NCBI GenBank assembly: GCA_963691875.1
Contig: OY829846.1
Location: 576,001-640,000, forward strand
Origin: Aureliella sp.
GTDB taxonomy: Bacteria > Planctomycetota > Planctomycetia > Pirellulales > Pirellulaceae
Length of the DNA: 64,000 bases
Direction: 5' to 3'
Shown: piece after piece, positions 56,732-64,000 of the stretch
Numbering within the stretch: position 1 is the first letter of the stretch
How the letters are laid out: each line of letters starts with the position of its first letter
The notes under the pieces: model-generated
What the model was told of the DNA's origin: nothing
What the model saw: only the letters and a program-made list of their open reading frames with translations
The model's database searches: none
Translations under genes and position numbers: made by a program

Positions 56732-58144
56732 ATGAACAAGATCCCACTACATTGGCGAATACTGATAGGCATGGCACTCGGCATCGCCGTTGGCTGCATT
56801 GCGATTCAGTTCAACCCAGCAGAACCTCAAAAGGATGCGAGGCAACAGGTCGAATCGGTAGACGACACAACAAACTCCGAACAAACTTTCGAGCCGGCTG
56901 AGCCAACGAAGGTGTTTCGAACAGGCTCGAACTTCGTCATCGACTGGATCAAACCTTTTGGTACCATTTTTATCAACTCGCTCAAGCTGATAGCAATACC
57001 TTTGATTATCGCTTCGCTGATCAAGGGTGTTTCGGATCTGAAGGACATATCGAAACTCTCTTCTATGGGGCTTCGCACTGTCGGCCTATATCTGTGCACG
57101 ACCGTCGTCGCCGTTTCCATTGGTTTGCTGATAGTCAACATAGCGCAGCCTGGGAAGCTGATTGATGAACAGACGAGAGAAACGTTAGTGGAAGACTCTC
57201 TGGAAAAGGCGCAGAGCAAGATTAGTGCTGCAAACGAAACGAAGGACAAGGGACCGCTCCAGCCTCTAGTTGACTTGGTTCCAGGCAATATTTTTTCTGC
57301 TGCTTCGAGCAACGGGAATATGCTGCAAGTGATCTGTTTTGTGATCTTCTTTGGAATCGGGCTGATTTTGATTCCAGAGGAACAGGCCAGGCCAGTGAAG
57401 GAGTTCTTTGACAGCCTTAACGCGGTCATCCTAAAGCTGATTGATTTGATCATGCTGGCTGCACCAGTGGGTGTATTCGCATTGATGGCTTCCCTGGTAG
57501 CTGAAACGCCAAGTCTTGATGTGTTTCAAGCACTCCTCAGCTACGGCATTTGCGTGCTTATTGGATTGGGGCTCATGATCTTCGTATTCTATCCAACGCT
57601 CATCATGATTTTCGCAAAGCGGAACTATCTGTGGTTCTTCCGTGGGATCTCTCCAGCTCAGATGCTTGCCTTTTCAACTAGCAGCAGCGCAGCGACGCTT
57701 CCGGTGACAATGGAGCGGGTTGAAGAGCACCTCGGGGTCGACGACGAAGTGAGTAGTTTCGTTTTGCCTGTTGGGGCCACCGTGAACATGGATGGCACGA
57801 GTTTGTATCAGGCCGTAGCAGCAGTTTTCATCGCTCAAGCGTATGGACTGGATCTAGGCTTGAATGGTCAGCTGAGTATTATTGTGACTGCGACACTCGC
57901 CTCGATAGGATCGGCAGCAGTACCTGGTGCGGGTATGGTGATGCTCGTTATCGTCCTTGGAGCGATTGGTGCACCAGAAGCCGGTCTGGCACTCATCTTC
58001 GCTGTAGACCGGATTCTCGACATGGCTCGGACTGTCGTCAATGTGACGGGCGACGCAAGTGTTTCGATGCTGGTTGCAAAGAGTGTCGGAAAACTCAAGA
58101 GTCCAGACGAAATCGCTCAGCAACAGGCTGTTAACCAGAGTTAA
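56732..58144 (+). CDS. Dicarboxylate/amino acid:cation symporter (GltP/GltT family)
   Basis: AFSTSSSAATLP, GATVNMDGT, ASIGSAAVPGAG, VDRILDMART. Confidence 0.95.
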   Translation: MNKIPLHWRILIGMALGIAVGCIAIQFNPAEPQKDARQQVESVDDTTNSEQTFEPAEPTKVFRTGSNFVIDWIKPFGTIFINSLKLIAIPLIIASLIKGVSDLKDISKLSSMGLRTVGLYLCTTVVAVSIGLLIVNIAQPGKLIDEQTRETLVEDSLEKAQSKISAANETKDKGPLQPLVDLVPGNIFSAASSNGNMLQVICFVIFFGIGLILIPEEQARPVKEFFDSLNAVILKLIDLIMLAAPVGVFALMASLVAETPSLDVFQALLSYGICVLIGLGLMIFVFYPTLIMIFAKRNYLWFFRGISPAQMLAFSTSSSAATLPVTMERVEEHLGVDDEVSSFVLPVGATVNMDGTSLYQAVAAVFIAQAYGLDLGLNGQLSIIVTATLASIGSAAVPGAGMVMLVIVLGAIGAPEAGLALIFAVDRILDMARTVVNVTGDASVSMLVAKSVGKLKSPDEIAQQQAVNQS

Positions 58145-58186
58145 AAAACGTTTCCTCTCCCAATGATTGCCCCGCGATAGATTAAT

Positions 58187-60043
58187 ATGAGCACGCTTGT
58201 AGTCTGCATATTAGCCCTGTCCACTTTGCTAATCGCCTATTTCGTCTACGGGCGATGGTTGAGTAACAAGCTCTTTGAGCTGTCGGCTGATGCCCCTGTT
58301 CCAAGCAAACAACTTGAGGACGGTCAGGATTTCGTTCCTACGCGGAAGAGCGTCATCTTTGGCCACCACTTCACGAGTATTGCTGGCACGGGACCGATCG
58401 TGGGGCCAGCGATTGCCGTATTCTGGGGTTGGCTGCCAGCAATGCTTTGGGTCGTTTTTGGTGCAATCCTGATTGGCGGAGTGCATGACATGGCAGCGCT
58501 GGTTATTTCGATGCGCAATCGTGGTCAAACTCTGGGTGAGATCGCCGGCCGGTTGGTCTCTCCGCGTGCCAAGTTGTTATTCTTGACAATCTTGGCACTC
58601 GCCCTATGGATCGTTTTGGCGATCTTTGGAATGGTAATCGCGTCGATCTTCAGCTTGTATCCGGAAAGTGTGCTTTCTGTTTGGGTCGCGATGCCGGTGG
58701 CTATTCTGATAGGACTTTGGGCGCATAAGACCGGCGGATCAATGACGATTCCCTCTCTTGTTTCGCTAATCATTCTTTACGCAGCTGTTGGAGTTGGCGT
58801 TTACTACTTGCCATTCAATCTGCCGGGTGGGCCGGCCGATTCCGTTTGGAATCCGACCGTGCTCTGGACCTTGGTATTGCTTGCTTATTGCTTCTGCGCC
58901 TCCGTGCTTCCCGTCTGGTTGCTGCTACAACCAAGAGATTTGGTGAATAGTCATCAGCTCTTCGTCGCGCTTGGCCTACTGGTGATTGGTCTTGTTGTGG
59001 CAAGTCTTGGTGGATCGGCTGATTTAACCGCTTCGGCCGATGCCATATCTCAGACAGTGCCAAAAGATGCACCGCCCATCATGCCATTTTTGTTCATCAC
59101 CATCGCCTGTGGTGCGTGCAGTGGCTTCCATTGTCTAGTGAGTTCAGGCACGAGTTCCAAACAAGTCGCCTGCGAGAAAGATGCGCAAACAGTTGGGTAT
59201 GGGGCCATGTTGCTTGAGTCAGGTTTAGCTGTTGTCGTGATTCTGGCCTGCACTGCCGGTGTTGGCATGGGAGCCATCGATGCTACGCGTCCGGCCGAGA
59301 AGTCAGTGTTTGGTCAGACGTCCTACGCCTACAAGGAAGCTGAATCCGGAACAAAAGTCGTCGGAAAGGAAGCTTGGCAGAATTACTATCGCAGCCAAGA
59401 TGAAAAAGGGTGGAGTAACACAAATTTGGGTTCTAAGCTTGCAGCTTTCATTGAAGGTGGAGCAAACTTTCTTACGGCGATCGGAATTCCACTAGAGCTC
59501 GGTATCGGCATCGTCGCAGTGCTGGTCGCTAGCTTTGCTGCGACCACTTTGGATACGGCGACGCGTTTACAACGTTATGTCCTGCAGGAACTCGGTTCAA
59601 GCGTTGGACTTCCAATCACCAACAAATACGCCGCCACAGGATTGGCCGTTGTGGTCGCTGGCATCATCGCCATTTTCGCGGGCGACAGCCCTGGCAAAGG
59701 AGGTTTGATGTTGTGGCCGCTGTTTGGTGGTACTAACCAATTGCTCGCTGGCCTGGCTCTGATGGTTGCAACTTTCTATTTGTGGCGACGCAGTAAGTCT
59801 GTAGCCTTCATTGCAATCCAAATGCTGCTAATGATGCTAATGCCTTGTTGGGCCATGAGTCACAATTTGATATTTAAGTGGATTCCTAACGGCGAGTATC
59901 TTCTGGTTGCGTTCGGAATCGGCATTCTTGGACTGCAGGCCTGGATGTTTCTGGAAGCTTCTTTGGTCTGGAGAAAGGCGCACGGAGTGCTTGAACCCCA
60001 ATTGCCGCCGCTTGATAGTAAGATAGTAAAAGTCGGTACGTAG
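58187..60043 (+). CDS. cstA: Carbon starvation protein A transporter
   Basis: GHHFTSIAGTGPIVGP, LPVWLLLQPRD, FITIACGACSGFH, TTLDTATRL. Confidence 0.93.
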   Translation: MSTLVVCILALSTLLIAYFVYGRWLSNKLFELSADAPVPSKQLEDGQDFVPTRKSVIFGHHFTSIAGTGPIVGPAIAVFWGWLPAMLWVVFGAILIGGVHDMAALVISMRNRGQTLGEIAGRLVSPRAKLLFLTILALALWIVLAIFGMVIASIFSLYPESVLSVWVAMPVAILIGLWAHKTGGSMTIPSLVSLIILYAAVGVGVYYLPFNLPGGPADSVWNPTVLWTLVLLAYCFCASVLPVWLLLQPRDLVNSHQLFVALGLLVIGLVVASLGGSADLTASADAISQTVPKDAPPIMPFLFITIACGACSGFHCLVSSGTSSKQVACEKDAQTVGYGAMLLESGLAVVVILACTAGVGMGAIDATRPAEKSVFGQTSYAYKEAESGTKVVGKEAWQNYYRSQDEKGWSNTNLGSKLAAFIEGGANFLTAIGIPLELGIGIVAVLVASFAATTLDTATRLQRYVLQELGSSVGLPITNKYAATGLAVVVAGIIAIFAGDSPGKGGLMLWPLFGGTNQLLAGLALMVATFYLWRRSKSVAFIAIQMLLMMLMPCWAMSHNLIFKWIPNGEYLLVAFGIGILGLQAWMFLEASLVWRKAHGVLEPQLPPLDSKIVKVGT

Positions 60044-60098
60044 CCGCGACTAAAGATTCTGCAATATTTCATCGACGGTAATTGTCGAAGGGACGCCG

Positions 60099-61898
60099 GT
60101 GAAAAAAACCATTCTTTGCATCTGTCTTATGCTCTCCCTCTCATTCGCTTCTGCTAAAGCAGCGGAGCCGAACCTGGTTTCGCGAGCAATGTATCGCGGA
60201 CCAGTGGATTTATATTTATCTGAGGATGAAAGCTGGGCTGTAACGGTCAACGAAATCAGTGGAACGGTTTCTCTGACGGACTTGTCGACAGCATCTGTGC
60301 TGGACGAAGCTGAAGTAGGCAACAAGCCCGGTGGGCTGTGCCATTGCTCAAGCAACGAGTTTCTCGTCAGCAGTCGATTTACCGGGGAGGTGCATCGTTT
60401 CAAAGTTCGCGATGGCCGATTGGAGCAATTGGCGAAGATCGTAGTAGGTTTTGAACCACTTGGGATCGCATGCCATGAAGACGTTGCTTATGTCGGACTG
60501 CAAGCCACAGGCGAGATAGCTGTTCTTGATTTGAAAAAGAATGTACTGTCACACCGTTTCGCCGTGGGCAAGTGGCCTCGTTACTTGACGATCTCCGAAG
60601 ACGGGCAGCGACTGGCTGTTGGACTAAGTGGCCAAAGTGAAATCTGTGTCGTGAGTACTGAGACCGAGGAAGTCCTTTACGAGGAGCCTTTAAGCGGTGG
60701 GATTAACATCGGGCACCTTGAAATCTCGAATGATGGGAAGCAGGTTTACTTTCCTTGGATGGTCTACCGAACGAATCCAATAAATGTTCGCAACATTCAG
60801 CTTGGCTGGGTGTTGGCTAGTCGAATTGCACGTATTCGCATGGACGGACCGCAGTATCGCGAAGCCATATCCTTGGATGTGCCGAGGATGGCGGTCGCCG
60901 ACCCATTTGGTATCGCGAAAACTCCCAATGAGCATCGCTTGGCCGTCACATCGTCGGGAACTCACGAGTTACTCGTCTATCGATTAAGAGATTTGCCATT
61001 CATCGGGACCGGTGGCCCAGGTGACTTGATAGATCGTCGATTGATGCAAGATCCCGATTTGTTCTATCGCATCGAATTGACAGGTCGGCCGATGGGCATG
61101 CAGGCGGCGAGCGATAATGAAACGGTATATATTGCCAATCATCTGCTCGATGCCATTCAGGTTGTGAATCTTGAGTCCCGAGAGGTGGTGCGTGAAATCC
61201 CCCTTGGGCGACAGCCGAAAGAAGCGAAAGAGAAGATGTTGCACCGAGGCATGGAGATCTTCTATGACGCCGAGCGAAGTCTGGACCAGTGGTATAGTTG
61301 TCATTCGTGTCATCAGGACGGTGGCAGCAATGCTAAGGCGATGGATACTTGGAATGACGGAACAGCACGCACGACCAAGACCGTCTTGCCGCTAGCTGGC
61401 GTCGAACATACCGCGCCTTGGACCTGGCATGGTTGGCAAAGGGACCTGAACGATTCGCTACAGAAATCCTTCGTTTCTACAATGCAAGGAAAAGAAGCGA
61501 GTAAGGAAGACCTACAGGCTTTGCGGGTTTATCTCGGAAGCCTCGAGACGCCTCCGAATCCTTTTAAGGAGAATCAGAAAGACGCAGACTCAGTGCGTCG
61601 CGGCAAGGAATTGTTCACGAGCAGCTCAGTCGGGTGCAGCGACTGTCATTCAGGCGCTCTTTTTACCGACGGGCTCAAGCATGATGTTGGGATGATTCGC
61701 GACTCTGACAAGTACGATGGTTATAACACCCCGAGCCTTGTTGGCGTTTATCGTAAGGCTCGCTGGCTACACGATGGTCGCGCGAAGACATTAGCCAAGG
61801 TCTTCGAGAAGTGGCATCGACCAGACGAGATTGGCGGCGGAGCTGAGCTCACGGAGCAGCAGATCGCAGATTTAGTTGCCTATTTAAAAACCCTCTGA
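60099..61898 (+). CDS. Exported YncE-like beta-propeller fused to a di-heme cytochrome c (peroxidase/MauG-like) domain
   Basis: Signal peptide, propeller repeats, CHSCH and CSDCH, TPSL.GV, HDG. Confidence 0.85.
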   Translation: MKKTILCICLMLSLSFASAKAAEPNLVSRAMYRGPVDLYLSEDESWAVTVNEISGTVSLTDLSTASVLDEAEVGNKPGGLCHCSSNEFLVSSRFTGEVHRFKVRDGRLEQLAKIVVGFEPLGIACHEDVAYVGLQATGEIAVLDLKKNVLSHRFAVGKWPRYLTISEDGQRLAVGLSGQSEICVVSTETEEVLYEEPLSGGINIGHLEISNDGKQVYFPWMVYRTNPINVRNIQLGWVLASRIARIRMDGPQYREAISLDVPRMAVADPFGIAKTPNEHRLAVTSSGTHELLVYRLRDLPFIGTGGPGDLIDRRLMQDPDLFYRIELTGRPMGMQAASDNETVYIANHLLDAIQVVNLESREVVREIPLGRQPKEAKEKMLHRGMEIFYDAERSLDQWYSCHSCHQDGGSNAKAMDTWNDGTARTTKTVLPLAGVEHTAPWTWHGWQRDLNDSLQKSFVSTMQGKEASKEDLQALRVYLGSLETPPNPFKENQKDADSVRRGKELFTSSSVGCSDCHSGALFTDGLKHDVGMIRDSDKYDGYNTPSLVGVYRKARWLHDGRAKTLAKVFEKWHRPDEIGGGAELTEQQIADLVAYLKTL

Positions 61899-61922
61899 TT
61901 GCAGCTCAGGGGGGGAGCACCA

Positions 61923-63134
61923 CTATTCGGGAAACTCGTGGCCCATTTTCTCGCGTTTTGCGTTCAAGTAAGCCTCGTTATGAGGATTTGGTTCACAGAT
62001 GATTGGCACTTGATCGATAACCTTGAGATCGAATCCGCGCAGGTTGAAAGCCCGCGTCTTCTTTGGGTTGTTGGTAAGCAACCGAATCTCTTTCAGTCCA
62101 AGATCTTTTAATATCTGAATGCCGATTCCGTAGTCGCGCATGTCCGCCTTGAAACCAAGTGCGTGATTTGCCTCGACGGTGTCCATCCCTTCTTCTTGCA
62201 GTGCATACGCTCGAATCTTTTGAGCTAGCCCAATTCCGCGGCCTTCCTGCGGCAAATAGACCAGCACTCCACGTTGTTCATTCGCAATCATCTTGAGAGC
62301 CATGGTGAGTTGATCACCACAGTCGCATCGCAATGATTGAATCAAGTCTCCCGTGAAGCAGCTGCTGTGCATACGAACCAAGGGTGCCTGCCCTTGATCG
62401 TTTTGCAGATCTCCCATGTAAATCGCAATGGGTTCTTGCGTTTCGTATTGCACATCGAAGACGGTGATCTTGAATTCGCCAAATCGAGTCGGCAACTGCG
62501 CTTCGGCACTTCGGCTAACCAGTTTTTCGCTGGTTCGCCGATGCGAGATGAGCTGTTCGATCGTGATGATTTCAAGGTCGTATTCTTCAGCGATCTGGAG
62601 TAGCTGATCCCGCGTGGCACGATCGCCTGATTCGTCCAAAATTTCGGTGAGAACGCCAGCCGGTGCCAGTCCCGCCATACGCGGTAGATCGACGGCGGCT
62701 TCGGTGTGACCAGCTCGGCGAAGCACTCCACCTTCTTTCGCAACCAGAGGATAGACGTGTCCAGGTCGAACAAAATGCTCAGATGTGGTCTCAGCTGAGG
62801 CCAACCGCCGAATTGTTTCAGCTCTCTCGGCCGCAGTAATCCCAGTCTTGCTGCCGTTGTAGTCTACGGGCGTTCGAAAGGCGGTTTGCAGTGGCGCGTT
62901 ATTGTTTTCTACGAGCGGTCGGAGCTCCAGTCGCTCGCAGGCTTCAGGCAGAACTGGGCAACAAAGCTGGCCGCGGCCCGAAAGCATGAAATTGATCGTT
63001 TCAGCAGTCACCAATTCTGCAGAGCAAATGAAGTCACCTTCATTCTCGCGATCCTCCGCGTCAAGCACGATAACAACTTCACCCCGGCGGATGGATTCTA
63101 CAGCTGCTTGAACGCTACTAAATTGCTTGGTCAT
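61923..63134 (-). CDS. ribBA: Bifunctional DHBP synthase / GTP cyclohydrolase II
   Basis: DRENEGD, RPGHVYPL, GHTEA, RMHSSC.TGD..RCDCG, QEGRGIGL, LLTNNP. Confidence 0.96.
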   Translation of the reverse strand: MTKQFSSVQAAVESIRRGEVVIVLDAEDRENEGDFICSAELVTAETINFMLSGRGQLCCPVLPEACERLELRPLVENNNAPLQTAFRTPVDYNGSKTGITAAERAETIRRLASAETTSEHFVRPGHVYPLVAKEGGVLRRAGHTEAAVDLPRMAGLAPAGVLTEILDESGDRATRDQLLQIAEEYDLEIITIEQLISHRRTSEKLVSRSAEAQLPTRFGEFKITVFDVQYETQEPIAIYMGDLQNDQGQAPLVRMHSSCFTGDLIQSLRCDCGDQLTMALKMIANEQRGVLVYLPQEGRGIGLAQKIRAYALQEEGMDTVEANHALGFKADMRDYGIGIQILKDLGLKEIRLLTNNPKKTRAFNLRGFDLKVIDQVPIICEPNPHNEAYLNAKREKMGHEFPE

Positions 63135-63535
63135 GTTCTTGGAAAGGTAAAGATTTGTCTGGAAAAACGCAGGGCCCATCATCGTCTCAAGTTTGCTCAT
63201 TTGAGCCAGTCGAGATAGCGTCTCGCCGAACTAAGAAGAATCTATCCCGCAGAGCGCGGTCGGCTCACAAACTGAAAATCTGATCGACCGTCTTACATAC
63301 GCTGGCTGGTAGGGAACTGATTGATTGCATCCTATTATAGAGAAACAGTCTATGCCGTCGTTCCCTAATTTCGTCGTTGGTTGCAGTCGAAATGTCGCTT
63401 TAAGATCGATTGGCAGTCGGGCCGATGTCCCGACCACCGTTAAAATGTGGCTAGATCCACAGATGGTAAAATCTCCAGTAGCGAATATCATTTTTGGGGT
63501 AACCTTACCACTCGTCTAAAAAAGGGATTTGATCA

Positions 63536-64000
63536 ATGGAGCCCGTAAAGCCGCGATTGCTGTCAACAATCCGAAAATGTCTATTGGCTCGAGTTGACAC
63601 TAAGACACTTAGGATGCTCATTATTTCTTCTGCTTTCATCGCCTCAATAGCAGTAAGCCCGATTGCTAAAGCGCAAGATGTATTAAAGGCTGAGGCAACA
63701 GCTGCGAATCGCACAGGATCCAAAGGTCGCATCACGACGAAGTGGAACATGGTGTACCGTGAGGTGGACGGCAAGACAGTTAAGGCGGACGTCTACTTTC
63801 CGAAAGGAAACGGGCCGTTTCCGATCGTTGTTATGGTACACGGTGGCGCTTGGGCGCTAGGCGACAAGCTTGACTTAATCATGCATGGCCGCGAGTTAGC
63901 GAACGCCGGATTTGTGGCAATCAGTGTCAATTATCGCCTGGCGCCGAAGCACAATATCCAGGATCAGCTGGAAGATTGCCGTGCTGCCGTGAAGTGGGCG
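63536..64000 (+). CDS. Alpha/beta hydrolase (esterase, HGG type), 5' part at window edge
   Basis: Manual translation: ADVYFP..GPFPIVVMVHGGAW..GDK..GFVAISVNYRLAP. Confidence 0.85.
   Translation, partial: MEPVKPRLLSTIRKCLLARVDTKTLRMLIISSAFIASIAVSPIAKAQDVLKAEATAANRTGSKGRITTKWNMVYREVDGKTVKADVYFPKGNGPFPIVVMVHGGAWALGDKLDLIMHGRELANAGFVAISVNYRLAPKHNIQDQLEDCRAAVKWA

Noticed and set aside
63200..63500. FMN riboswitch upstream of ribBA
   Set aside because: The conserved RFN segments were not found on the minus strand.

Overview
Planctomycete chromosomal DNA, most like Pirellulaceae: DUF1549/DUF1553/DUF1501, SHD1, a DUF1559 relic, an LESRxLLA-type N-terminus and PEP-CTERM proteins. Most of the window is housekeeping and accessory genes (mnmE, pepE, infC, ppiC, nadC, ribBA, cstA, a GltP-type symporter, a GGDEF protein, PhoD, a large subtilase), with several small genes decayed by in-frame stops or frameshifts. 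The main finding is a ~9 kb integrated element (41701-50730) bounded by a 13-bp direct repeat, CGGATTCATAATC. It splits a secreted BSP-family HExxH peptidase gene at a site resembling a tRNA(CAT) anticodon arm. The element carries a tyrosine integrase (1-nt frameshift), an AlpA/Xis-like HTH protein, a phage-type replication initiator with internal 21-bp iterons, and two different cos-like sites, one matching lambda cosQ. Its cargo is an atypical LDH/MDH and two PEP-CTERM proteins. Next to attR is an array of six different palindromes, each inside a short fragment of a different phage ParB/methylase-like gene. No capsid, terminase or repressor gene is recognisable, so it looks like a minimal, possibly multi-helper phage satellite. 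A second candidate system is an operon of a PQQ-propeller, a HemN-like radical SAM, a GcvH-like protein and a 4Fe-4S protein. All family calls come from motif recognition by eye; no database searches were run.
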